Shown one piece after another: positions 36,450 to 46,273 of a DNA stretch of 64,000 bases. The DNA comes from Bacilli bacterium (lineage in GTDB: Bacteria > Bacillota_I > Bacilli_A > RFN20 > CAG-826): NCBI GenBank assembly GCA_024408075.1, contig JAKSVK010000005.1:4942-68941 (forward strand), in the 5' to 3' direction. Within the stretch, counting starts at the first letter, position 1; every line of letters begins with the position of its first letter. Position numbers and translations under genes: made by a program. A model generated the notes under the pieces. It did not search any database. It saw only the letters and a program-made list of their open reading frames with translations, and was not told the origin of the DNA.

Positions 36450-37220
36450 CTATTTAATAATAGCGCCAATTCCCATAAAAACAATTGTAAATATAATTTC
36501 GTGCGCAATATAAACAATTAAAGTATGCCTGCCAAGAAAACAAATTGGTCTTTCCCAATCTCTTTTTTTAAATAAATGTGGGGTTTTTGCAAAAAATTTC
36601 CTAGCAAAAATCGCTCCAATGAATAAAGCGATGATATAAGGAAACAGTGGCAAATAATCAGCAACATATCCATTTTTAATTGGATCAACATGACTGAATA
36701 AAATTGATTGAAAATGATTGAATTCATTTGTAACTGTTGTACGTTGAGAAAGTAGGACAAAAAAGTACATCAACATAAGTGCTCCAGTAACTAACCACAG
36801 ATTCTTGTTAGATAAATGTTGAAACACTGAATATATCAAAATTGAAAGTGAAATTACGAGAAGAATATTACAATCTATTTTAATCACTCGATTATTAAAT
36901 ATAGGGAGTAGTTGTAGAGAATAAGTGGCAATTGTAATCAATATACAAATAGCGAATAATATCGCTCCACGTTTTTTATTATTCCTTGAAAGAGTGCATG
37001 AAATTCCGCACGTAAACATAAAAGCAAATAACACCAATTGTCTCATTACCAATCTGAATGTAGATGTCCAATAACTAGATAAAAATGGCTGGGCAGAATT
37101 AAAACAATAGAAATTAATTGACCAAACAAGATGATCAATAATCACAAGTAAAATCAAAAAACCACGAAATAAGTCTAATTCATGGATTCTTTTTTCAAAT
37201 GCTTCAGATTTCTTTTTCAT
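36450..37220 (-). CDS. DUF1624/HGSNAT-like polytopic membrane acyltransferase
   Basis: RIHELDLFRGFLILLVIIDHL N-terminal motif, about 8 TM. Start trimmed to ATG 37220 (MKKKSEAF...) because the ORF-track TTG start at 37256 lies inside tRNA-Pro. Confidence 0.6.
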   Translation of the reverse strand: MKKKSEAFEKRIHELDLFRGFLILLVIIDHLVWSINFYCFNSAQPFLSSYWTSTFRLVMRQLVLFAFMFTCGISCTLSRNNKKRGAILFAICILITIATYSLQLLPIFNNRVIKIDCNILLVISLSILIYSVFQHLSNKNLWLVTGALMLMYFFVLLSQRTTVTNEFNHFQSILFSHVDPIKNGYVADYLPLFPYIIALFIGAIFARKFFAKTPHLFKKRDWERPICFLGRHTLIVYIAHEIIFTIVFMGIGAIIK

Positions 37221-37226
37221 ACTTTT

Positions 37227-37303
37227 TGGTCGGGAAGACGAGATTTGAACTCGCAACCTCCAACACCCGAAATTGGCGCGCTACCAAGTTACGCTACTTC
37301 CCG
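37227..37303 (-). tRNA. tRNA-Pro (anticodon CGG)
   Basis: Hand-folded: CGGGAAG acceptor, anticodon arm CCAAT-TTCGGGT-GTTGG with G37, T-loop TTCAAAT, ACCA. It starts 3 nt after the polC stop and ends 6 nt before the next ATG. Confidence 0.85.
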
Positions 37304-37306
37304 ATA

Positions 37307-40300
37307 TTAAAAATCAAATAATGAGAGTTGGTCATTCTCATTTAATTCGTCAAGCACGCCTAAATCAGAAAGATCTTTAACGTTGGTGCTCGTAAGTTTT
37401 GTTCGTTTTAACAAATCTTCTTTAGAAGAGAATGGTTTATTTTTTCTTTCCTCCACTACTGTAATCGCGTTGTTTTCGCCTAAACCGTCAATTGTAATAA
37501 AAGGCGGAATTAACATTTTATTTTTATGATCAATGACAAAATTCACTGCATCAGATTTATATAATGAAATATTTCCAAATTTATATCCACGCTCAACCAT
37601 TTCTAGTGCAATTTGAAGCGTCTTATATTGTTCTTCTTCTTTTGGAGAAAGCTTTGCACCACCACGTTTTTCTTGAGTTCTTAATTGTTCAAGACGATCA
37701 ACAATTGATTCATATCCTTTAATCATTGGAATAATGTCAAATTGTTTACTGCGTACTGAGAAGAAAGTAGCATAAAATTCAAGTGGATAATGTACTTTAA
37801 AATAACCAACACGGATTGCCATAGTAACATATGCAACAGCGTGTCCTTTAGGGAACAAATATTGAATTTTATTACATGAATCTATGTAGTACTGTGGAAC
37901 GTTATGAGCAGTCATAACTTCTACATATTCTTGTTTAAGTCCATTACCATGTCGAACATCTTCCATGATTGCAAATGAAATGCTGGAAGGTATCCCTTTA
38001 CCAATTAAGTAAGTCATAATATCATCACGACATCCAATAACTTCTCTTAATGTAGCAGTTTTATTATTAATCAAAGTTTCAGCGTTTCCATTCCAAACAT
38101 CCGTTCCATGAGATAGACCTGAAATAATAACTAAATCAGCGAATGTTGTTGGATGAGTTTTTTCTAAGATTCCTCTAACGAAATCAGTACCAAATTCAGG
38201 AATTGCCATTGCTCCTGTTTCTTGATGCAAATAATTACTTTCAAGTTTTAATGGTTCAGAAGAGGAGAATAATTTCAAAACTTCAGGATCATTCATTGGT
38301 ATTTCATCAATATTTTTTCCTGCTAAATCACACATCATTTTTAAAGCCATAGGATCAAGGTGTCCTAGCATATCAAGTTTTAAAATTGTGTCGTGAATGG
38401 AATGGAAATCAAAATGGGTTGTTTTCCAAGAAGAATCAATTTCATCTGCAGGCCACTGAATCGGTGTAAAATCATACACTTCATGATCTTTAGGAATAAC
38501 AACAATACCACCTGGATGTTGACCAGTAGTACGTTTTACTCCAACGCATCCAGAAGCAAGATATTCAATTTTAGCTTTCGGATATGTATTAGGATCTATG
38601 CCCATTCTTTCAAGATATCCACGAGCAAAACCAAAAGCTGTTTTTTCTGCAACAGTTTCAATTGTTCCTGCTCTAAAGACCTTATCAGCACCTAAAAGAG
38701 TTTTGGTATGCTCGTGGGCGCGAGCTTGGTAATCACGAGGGAAGTTTAAGTCAATATCAGGAACCTTCTCAGCATGGAATCCTAAGAATGTTTCAAAAGG
38801 AATATCTTGGCCATCCCTAATTAACTCTTCACCACAACATGGACACTTTTTATTTGGTAAATCAAAGCCTGATTTAATATCAGGGTATTCATCTTTGCCC
38901 CATTCAAGATGATGACATTTTGGACAAATATAATGAGGAGGTAATGGATTAACTTCAGTAATTCCTGCCATTGTAGCAGCAAAAGAAGAACCAACAGAAC
39001 CACGGGATCCAACAATATAGCCATCTTCATTAGACATTTTCACCAATTTATGAGCAATATAATAAATAACAGAATATCCGTTTGAAATAATACCGTTAAG
39101 TTCAGTATCTAAACGAGTTTGAATAAATTCAGGAAGTGGATCTCCATAAAGCTTTTTAGCGTTTGTGTAACACATTTCTCTAAGAATGTTTTCACTGTTA
39201 TCAATTTTTGGTGTGTAAAGCTTATCATTAGGAACAGGTTTAAGTGACTCAATCATGTCAGCAACTTTATTTGTGTTTGTAATAACGATTTCTTTTGCTA
39301 AATCTTCATCTAAAAATGAAAATGCATCCAACATTTCTTTTGTTGAACGATAATGTTGATCTGGGTTTTCAAAATGAGGCATCTTAGAACGAGCATAAGG
39401 GTTTAATGGGTGGTTCATCTTACCAACTTGAGGTGCAGAGATATAAATATCTCTAAATATTTTTTCACGAGGAGATAAATAATGAACATCACCTGTTGCA
39501 CACACCATTTTTCCAGCTTCTTTTGCAGCTGAAATAATGTCACAAATATTGCGTTTAACTTCATCTTCACTTAGTTCATCCATATTGACTAAAATTGAAT
39601 AGTTTTCTGGTGGTTGAACTTCGATATAATCATAAAATTTACAAGTATTTACTAACCTTTCATGATTGTAATATCTTGAGGTTTCAAAAACTTCACCATT
39701 AAGGCAAGCAGAGCCTAGTAGTAAGTTTGTTCTATATTCATTTAAAACTCTACGAGGCACAATTGGAGTTGCAGAAACATACTCAATATTAGATATAGAA
39801 ACTAATTTGTATAAATCTCTAAGTCCTTCTTTATTTTTTGCTAAAGCAACAACGTGCATTGCTCTTAAGTGAGGCAATAATTTTTTATCAATTTCAAGTT
39901 TAGCTAATTCACTATGTTTTAAAGACAAATTTTTAACAGTTAATTTACCTAAAAGAACATGCCAAACTTCTCCTAAAACGAAAGCATCGTAATCTGCTCT
40001 ATGAGCGCTTTCCTCATCATAAACAACTTCAAGGTGATTACATAATGCGCCTAATCTATGTGTTTTACTTTCAGGGAACAAATATCTACTTAATGCAAGA
40101 GTATCAACTACACCATTTTTAAGTGGTTCATAACCATTGCTAACTAATGCTTCATTTAAGAACGAACAGTCGAATTGAGCATTATGTGTAACTAAAATAG
40201 AATCACCAATAAACTCCAAAATCTTCGGCAAAACCTCATTTATTTTTGGTTTTCCTTCAAGCATCGAGTCATCAATGTTAGTTAATCTAGCAATCTTTGC

Positions 40301-41740
40301 ATCGATATGAGTTTCTGGATTTATTAATATATCAAGTCGGTCAACTTCAGTACCGCCTGAAATCTTAACAGCACCAAATTCAATGATCTTATTATATCTT
40401 GCACTTAATCCTGTAGTTTCTAAGTCGAACACTACATAAGTGGCTTTATTTAATATTGTTTCTTTAGGGTTATAAATGAATTTAATTTCATCATCAATCA
40501 TGTAAAATTCACAGCCGTAAAGCATCTTAATTCCAGTTTTCTTTTCTGCTTTTTGAGCATCAGGAAATCCTTGAACGCAGCCATGATCAGTAATAGCCAT
40601 AGCAGTATGGCCAAGAGCTTTAGCATATTGAGCATATGAAATCATTTCACTTACACCATCTTGTGTAGACATTGTTGAGTGAAGATGTAATTCTACACGA
40701 TTTTGCTCATAATCTTCTTTTTTAATTTCATCAGAAACGATGATATCAATTAAATGAATTTTAATTTGAAGAGTATGAGAAAAATCGTCAACATAAGCAA
40801 CCCCACGAACTCTTACTTCAGGTTTATCTTTTAAGCGAGAAACTAGTTCAGAATTAATGCTTGAATTTTCATAACACCAACCAACAATCGCACCACCAAA
40901 TTGATCAGCAATACCAAGTGTTAGCCTTACATAAGTTCCTCTTGCAACTTCTTCTACTTTATAAATTCTTCCATTAAAGTCAACATGGTCACTTTCTGCA
41001 GTAATATCATCAATTTTTTCAATGTAATCATATTTACCGCGTCGATTAAGACGAGCTCTTTCTCTTTCTTTGTCCATGAGCTCTTTATTTTTTCTCATTT
41101 CCTCAAGAAAACGATCTTCAACTAAATGGTTAAGTTCTTTTTGTTCTTCTTCAATTTGTTTTAAAGTGTCATTTCTATCACTAACTTCTTCAATAACGTT
41201 AGTATCAGCTATATCTTGTTGAGCAATTTCTTCAGCAGCAGCTTTAGTTTGTTCTTTTATTTTTTCATCAACAACTACTTCTTCTTTTTTCTCAACAAGA
41301 ACTGTTTCAAGAGAAATAAAATCGTAAGAAATAAATTTTAAAAATTCTTTAAAATCGATAATGACATTGTCATATCCACAAGCTTCTTCTTCGCTAGTAA
41401 AAGTTATCAAAACTGTCTCTTCATTTTTCTTTGCTATATTTAAAGAACAAATTAAATGATAAATAGATTGATACCAACCTTTAAAAAGTTCAACTACATC
41501 ATCAGAAGTTGGTTTTTTGTTATAAACAAACCTTAAAGTATAAGTGTAATTATCAATCGTATTTAATCCTTGTTGGAATCGTTCAAGTAATGGATATTCC
41601 CAAGGAGTATCTTTGACAATAATCATATCAATTTGGTTATGATTAAAACGATTTCTGCTCACTACTTCAAAATCCATATCAAAAGACTCACAATCTGTGA
41701 TTTTTATAGATTTTAAAAAGCTAAGCATTTTTTCTTTCAT
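37307..41740 (-). CDS. polC: DNA polymerase III alpha subunit, PolC type
   Basis: 1477 aa. PHP motif ELHLHSTMSTQDG, exonuclease VVFDLETTGL, zinc module CPKCHHLEW...CPCCGEEL and a polymerase core. Confidence 0.97.
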   Translation of the reverse strand: MKEKMLSFLKSIKITDCESFDMDFEVVSRNRFNHNQIDMIIVKDTPWEYPLLERFQQGLNTIDNYTYTLRFVYNKKPTSDDVVELFKGWYQSIYHLICSLNIAKKNEETVLITFTSEEEACGYDNVIIDFKEFLKFISYDFISLETVLVEKKEEVVVDEKIKEQTKAAAEEIAQQDIADTNVIEEVSDRNDTLKQIEEEQKELNHLVEDRFLEEMRKNKELMDKERERARLNRRGKYDYIEKIDDITAESDHVDFNGRIYKVEEVARGTYVRLTLGIADQFGGAIVGWCYENSSINSELVSRLKDKPEVRVRGVAYVDDFSHTLQIKIHLIDIIVSDEIKKEDYEQNRVELHLHSTMSTQDGVSEMISYAQYAKALGHTAMAITDHGCVQGFPDAQKAEKKTGIKMLYGCEFYMIDDEIKFIYNPKETILNKATYVVFDLETTGLSARYNKIIEFGAVKISGGTEVDRLDILINPETHIDAKIARLTNIDDSMLEGKPKINEVLPKILEFIGDSILVTHNAQFDCSFLNEALVSNGYEPLKNGVVDTLALSRYLFPESKTHRLGALCNHLEVVYDEESAHRADYDAFVLGEVWHVLLGKLTVKNLSLKHSELAKLEIDKKLLPHLRAMHVVALAKNKEGLRDLYKLVSISNIEYVSATPIVPRRVLNEYRTNLLLGSACLNGEVFETSRYYNHERLVNTCKFYDYIEVQPPENYSILVNMDELSEDEVKRNICDIISAAKEAGKMVCATGDVHYLSPREKIFRDIYISAPQVGKMNHPLNPYARSKMPHFENPDQHYRSTKEMLDAFSFLDEDLAKEIVITNTNKVADMIESLKPVPNDKLYTPKIDNSENILREMCYTNAKKLYGDPLPEFIQTRLDTELNGIISNGYSVIYYIAHKLVKMSNEDGYIVGSRGSVGSSFAATMAGITEVNPLPPHYICPKCHHLEWGKDEYPDIKSGFDLPNKKCPCCGEELIRDGQDIPFETFLGFHAEKVPDIDLNFPRDYQARAHEHTKTLLGADKVFRAGTIETVAEKTAFGFARGYLERMGIDPNTYPKAKIEYLASGCVGVKRTTGQHPGGIVVIPKDHEVYDFTPIQWPADEIDSSWKTTHFDFHSIHDTILKLDMLGHLDPMALKMMCDLAGKNIDEIPMNDPEVLKLFSSSEPLKLESNYLHQETGAMAIPEFGTDFVRGILEKTHPTTFADLVIISGLSHGTDVWNGNAETLINNKTATLREVIGCRDDIMTYLIGKGIPSSISFAIMEDVRHGNGLKQEYVEVMTAHNVPQYYIDSCNKIQYLFPKGHAVAYVTMAIRVGYFKVHYPLEFYATFFSVRSKQFDIIPMIKGYESIVDRLEQLRTQEKRGGAKLSPKEEEQYKTLQIALEMVERGYKFGNISLYKSDAVNFVIDHKNKMLIPPFITIDGLGENNAITVVEERKNKPFSSKEDLLKRTKLTSTNVKDLSDLGVLDELNENDQLSLFDF

Positions 41741-41743
41741 AGA

Positions 41744-43309
41744 TTAAATAAATGTGATTACATCCTTAATTACAATTAATATCATCAGCGAGAACAATAA
41801 AATAAGTCCAATCGCAGAAGCCCAAGTTTTAAATTTATTTGGAAGTTCTTTTCGAGTCACTCCTTCAATTACTGTGACAAGTAAGTGCCATCCATCTAGG
41901 CCTGGGAAAGGCAAAAGATTAACAATCGCTAAATTTACTGAAATCATTGCCCAGAAAAATAAATATTGTCCAAATCCATTTTCTTTTAATGTCTGTGTGG
42001 TTGTAACACCAATTGCAATAATTCCTCCAACATCTTTCCATGCTTCTGAGGAGCTAAATAATTTAGCAAGACCACGTCCAATCAAAGTTGCTGAATCAGC
42101 AAAATCAGTAAACGTATTTTTAAACACTTCTTTTCCACTAATTCGATATGAATCTATTCTTAAATTTAGTCCCAAATCTATAGGTAAATAAGTACGTGTT
42201 CCAATTTGTGTAACTTCAATATCTTGAAAGAAAATTTTCTTACTTGGGCTTTCATCATTTTCACTTTTTTCAACAAAAAAGCTGACTTTTGTAGGGAAAT
42301 TTTCTTTATCTTGACTAATAAAGTAATTCTTACTGATGTCAATCGAAGAGAACTTAAATTGATCTTCTTCACCCTCTAAATACAAGATGTTATTGTCCTT
42401 TTTGATTTCGCCAACAACTTCAAAAGTTTGATATTTAGGAATGCAGTAATTTGACCCACCTTTAATTGGAAGTCTAAGCTGTAAAATGTTGTTTGCATTT
42501 CCACGATAATCTTGTCCAATACTAAATATTAAAGTACCACTTTGATTTTCGTTGATTGTGATAGAAGTTAAAGAATATCCTCTAACTTTGTATTGAACAC
42601 CTTCTTCATATTCACCATTAACAATTTCTTCAATTGTCTTTTCTGGTGCAATCAAAATTGATTCTTCATTTACATTAATTTTTTCATATCCAACAACACG
42701 TGTACTTACGGCAGTGTCTGATAAGGTAATTGAAGAATAATCGGCCCCAAAAAAGATTGTTTTATTTAAAGACGAATCTTCATATTCAAGAAGAGCTTCA
42801 TTATCATATAAAACTAATGAACTAGCATTAGTTGAATAATACATTGAAAATAATGTATCACCATTTTTAAGACCAAGATTTGAAGCAATTGAATTAGGAG
42901 TAACATTCACTTGATATGTATATATAACATTTTTAGGAAAAGCTGCTTCATAAATGAAGAACATTACAATTGCTAAAATCATGTTCATAATAACACCAGC
43001 GGACATAATAATTGCTTTTTTCCACTTCTTAGTGTTATTAAGTGACCTTGAAGGATCTACATTCACCCCTTCAGGAACGGTGTCATCTTCTCCATACATT
43101 GAAACAAATCCACCAAATGGAATTGCTCTTATAGAGAAAGCAGTTTCTCCGCCTTTTCTTTTTCTAGAAAATAATTTTGGTCCAAATCCAATTGAATATT
43201 CAAAACAATAGACTTTAAACATTTTGGCAGTCATTAAATGGCCTAATTCGTGAATCATAATTAATAGGCCAAGAAAAACAATAAATAATAATATATAAAC
43301 AACTATCAT
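41744..43309 (-). CDS. rseP: RIP site-2 metalloprotease RseP/RasP family (enlarged ectodomain)
   Basis: HELGHL zinc motif near the N-terminus, a PDZ-like NLGLKNGDTLFSM, and C-terminal NLLPFPGLDG. The length is 521 aa. Confidence 0.85.
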   Translation of the reverse strand: MIVVYILLFIVFLGLLIMIHELGHLMTAKMFKVYCFEYSIGFGPKLFSRKRKGGETAFSIRAIPFGGFVSMYGEDDTVPEGVNVDPSRSLNNTKKWKKAIIMSAGVIMNMILAIVMFFIYEAAFPKNVIYTYQVNVTPNSIASNLGLKNGDTLFSMYYSTNASSLVLYDNEALLEYEDSSLNKTIFFGADYSSITLSDTAVSTRVVGYEKINVNEESILIAPEKTIEEIVNGEYEEGVQYKVRGYSLTSITINENQSGTLIFSIGQDYRGNANNILQLRLPIKGGSNYCIPKYQTFEVVGEIKKDNNILYLEGEEDQFKFSSIDISKNYFISQDKENFPTKVSFFVEKSENDESPSKKIFFQDIEVTQIGTRTYLPIDLGLNLRIDSYRISGKEVFKNTFTDFADSATLIGRGLAKLFSSSEAWKDVGGIIAIGVTTTQTLKENGFGQYLFFWAMISVNLAIVNLLPFPGLDGWHLLVTVIEGVTRKELPNKFKTWASAIGLILLFSLMILIVIKDVITFI

Positions 43310-44460
43310 TAACGATTGCCCTCCTTAATTAAATCTAAAGCAATTTTTGTTGCCTGTTCGTGTGAAAGTTTTAATTCTTCTAAAGAAGGAGAAGAAATAT
43401 ATTTTGCTCTTTTAAGAGTTTCAAAAATAACTTCTTCTAGTCTTAAGAAAGAAATTTTATCTTCAAGAAATGCTCTATTTGCTACTTCATTGGCAGCATT
43501 AATAATTGCACCTACATTTCCGCCTTTATCAATAACCTCTTTAGCAAGTCCAACAAGCGGATAACGATTGATATCAAATTTATGAAAATGTAAGTCTTTT
43601 AAATCATCAAATTTTGTAAACACAGTTGTATCAAAAGGAATGTTTCCCTGATAAAGAGCAAATTTAATTGGATTTCTCATATCAGGTTTATTAATTTCAC
43701 CTCTAATTAATCCGTCTTTATATTTAACAGCGCTATGAAGCATGCTTTCATCATGTAAAACAACTTCAACTTGCTCATATTTATAACCAAACAAATAATA
43801 TGCTTCCATTATTTCAAAACCTTTATTCATCATCGAAGCACAATCAATTGTTATCTTATTACCCATATTCCATGTTGGATGTTTTAAGGCGTCGTTTTTA
43901 GTAACATTAACTAGTTGATCTCTTTTTAAGTTTCTAAAAGCTCCACCTGAAGCAGTAATATAAAGTTTATCAACGTTCTTATCATCAACTTTTAAACATT
44001 TCCAAATAGCACTATGTTCGCTATCAATTGGATAAAGTGTGCCATTATATTCTTTTAATAACTTATTAATAAGTTCACCGCCAATGACAAGTGATTCCTT
44101 ATTGGCGAGAGCTAATAATTTATGATTTTTTATTGCAGTTACTGATGGAAGCAACCCAACATATCCAACTAAAGCATTAACCACCATTTCACATTTACTT
44201 AACGTAATTAAAGAAGATAAATTTTCTTCTCCTGAAACGAAATTAACAGAAGGATATTTTTTATGAAATTCTTCAACTAAACTAGCATCTTTAAGATAAA
44301 CATCGCTAACTTTTGGGTTATCTTTTAATATTTGATCAATTTTATCTGTTTGCTTTCCAACAGAAAAACTAACTAATGTGAAATCTTTTGGATTTTGTTT
44401 AATCACATCAAGAGTTTGACTACCAATACTGCCAGAAGCACCCAATAAACAAATATTCAT
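43309..44460 (-). CDS. dxr: 1-deoxy-D-xylulose 5-phosphate reductoisomerase
   Basis: MNICLLGASGSIGSQTLDV at the trimmed start (ATG 44460, directly after the cdsA stop), plus DSEHSAIWKC and NKGFE motifs. Confidence 0.92.
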   Translation of the reverse strand: MNICLLGASGSIGSQTLDVIKQNPKDFTLVSFSVGKQTDKIDQILKDNPKVSDVYLKDASLVEEFHKKYPSVNFVSGEENLSSLITLSKCEMVVNALVGYVGLLPSVTAIKNHKLLALANKESLVIGGELINKLLKEYNGTLYPIDSEHSAIWKCLKVDDKNVDKLYITASGGAFRNLKRDQLVNVTKNDALKHPTWNMGNKITIDCASMMNKGFEIMEAYYLFGYKYEQVEVVLHDESMLHSAVKYKDGLIRGEINKPDMRNPIKFALYQGNIPFDTTVFTKFDDLKDLHFHKFDINRYPLVGLAKEVIDKGGNVGAIINAANEVANRAFLEDKISFLRLEEVIFETLKRAKYISSPSLEELKLSHEQATKIALDLIKEGNR

Positions 44461-44461
44461 A

Positions 44462-45547
44462 TTAGAAAAGAAGTTCCTTCCAAGGGATGTTATCAAATGA
44501 TTGGTGATTAATTGTTGTAAACATAAATACGAAGATTGAAGCAACAATTGCAGAGAATATCATTGAATCAAGTCGATCTAAAACTCCACCATGACCAGGA
44601 ATTAACTTTCCATAATCTTTAATTCCAAAATTTCTTTTAATAGAAGAAAACACGAAATCACCTAGAGTTGCAGCTAGAGGAATAACTAAAGACAAAATAA
44701 GAATACAGTACCAGTCAACTTGTAATGTTGATTCAGGCAAAATACTAATTCCGCCAGCAGTTAAACCTATTCCAATTGCAGATGAAATTAAAAATGAAAG
44801 AATGATTCCGCCAATAAATCCTTCCCAGGTTTTTTTAGGTGAAATTCTTTCATTCATTTTATTTTTTCCAAAGAATATTCCGACAAAGTATGCACAAGTA
44901 TCAGTTAAAAGAGATGAAACAATTACGAATATAATTAGCATGCTCGATTTTAGCGTATTGTCTACGTTAAATACAAAGGCTTGCTCTGTAGTATCTAAGC
45001 TCTTAAAAGGAGCATATCTTAAATAAAATAAACATTGAAATCCAAATCCTAGTAATATGCCCATTGTGATTAAAAATGCTGCATCCGGAACAGTAAAATC
45101 TTTAAACATAACGGTTAAAAAGAATAATAGGAAAAAGCCAAAAACAACAACAATAATCGGTAACACTAACGAATAAAAGTGTGAGTCAATCTTGGAAATA
45201 TCTATGCTTCCTCCTAAAACTAGATCTTTAAAAAGAGGCCAATAAGCAATCAACGCAATAAAACAAAATATTGCAAAGAAAACTAATGGATTTCTCTTAT
45301 TACATACACCAAGAATTTCATATGTAGCAATAATTAAGGCAATGGTAACAAGACCAAAATAAATCCAGTCTCCTAAAATAACGCAAGGAACAACAATGGC
45401 AATTAGGACAATTGCACTTATTATTCGAGTTAACATCGAAGTTTTTGCAGCATTATTTAGATGGTTACGTTTTGCAAATAAATTGTGTTCAGAAACTTCA
45501 TTCTTATTGTTTCTATTAACAACATTTCTATTATTTTTCGTCATCAT
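44462..45547 (-). CDS. cdsA: Phosphatidate cytidylyltransferase
   Basis: SSIKRNFGIKDYGKLIPGHGGVLDRLDS signature. Start placed at ATGATG 45547/45544, preceded by GGAGG and overlapping the uppS stop. It has an unusually long, basic N-terminal region. Confidence 0.88.
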   Translation of the reverse strand: MMTKNNRNVVNRNNKNEVSEHNLFAKRNHLNNAAKTSMLTRIISAIVLIAIVVPCVILGDWIYFGLVTIALIIATYEILGVCNKRNPLVFFAIFCFIALIAYWPLFKDLVLGGSIDISKIDSHFYSLVLPIIVVVFGFFLLFFLTVMFKDFTVPDAAFLITMGILLGFGFQCLFYLRYAPFKSLDTTEQAFVFNVDNTLKSSMLIIFVIVSSLLTDTCAYFVGIFFGKNKMNERISPKKTWEGFIGGIILSFLISSAIGIGLTAGGISILPESTLQVDWYCILILSLVIPLAATLGDFVFSSIKRNFGIKDYGKLIPGHGGVLDRLDSMIFSAIVASIFVFMFTTINHQSFDNIPWKELLF

Positions 45548-46259
45548 TAATACCTCCAAATCTTCTATTTCGCGAATAATATTCATTTATACATTTTCTA
45601 AATTCTTCTTTAGTAAAATCAGGCCAAGGAATTTCTGGGAAAATAAATTCCGCATATGCAAGTTGCCAAGGAAGATAATTGCTTGTCCTTAATTCACCTG
45701 AAGTTCTAATTAATAAATCAACGTCAGGCAATCCTGCTGTATATAAATGATTAGAAAAAGCATTTTCATCAATATCTTCAATTTTAATTTTATTGTTTTT
45801 AACTTCTTCAGCTAATAATTTAGCTGCTCTAACAATTTCAGCTTTTCCACCATAATTAAGGCAAATATTAAAAACAAAATTTTTGCATTCTTTAGTCTTT
45901 TCAATAGCTTCATTTATGGTTTTTTGTGTTTTTTTAGGTAAGGCAGAAATGTCTCCGCTAATAATAACTCTTGAACCGTCTTTAATAATTCTCTTAATTT
46001 GTTTCTTAAAAAAGATATCTAAGTAATTGAAAAGATGGTTGATTTCATCTTTTGGACGATTCCAATTTTCTGTGGAGAAAGCATATAAAGACATTACTTT
46101 AATATCTTGAGCCAAGCATTCTTCATATATATCGATAATACGATCGCATCCAGCTTTATGACCTAAATGACGTGGAAGTCCACGACGTTTGGCCCAGCGT
46201 CCATTGCCGTCCATAATAAACGCAACATGTTTTAATTTAATTTCTTTTGATTTTGCCAT
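45531..46259 (-). CDS. uppS: Undecaprenyl (isoprenyl) diphosphate synthase
   Basis: HVAFIMDGNGRWA, LYAFSTENWNRP and RTSGELRTSNYLPWQ. Start trimmed to MAKSKEIKLKH (ATG 46259). Confidence 0.93.
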   Translation of the reverse strand: MAKSKEIKLKHVAFIMDGNGRWAKRRGLPRHLGHKAGCDRIIDIYEECLAQDIKVMSLYAFSTENWNRPKDEINHLFNYLDIFFKKQIKRIIKDGSRVIISGDISALPKKTQKTINEAIEKTKECKNFVFNICLNYGGKAEIVRAAKLLAEEVKNNKIKIEDIDENAFSNHLYTAGLPDVDLLIRTSGELRTSNYLPWQLAYAEFIFPEIPWPDFTKEEFRKCINEYYSRNRRFGGINDDEK

Positions 46260-46273
46260 ACTGTAATTAGTAT

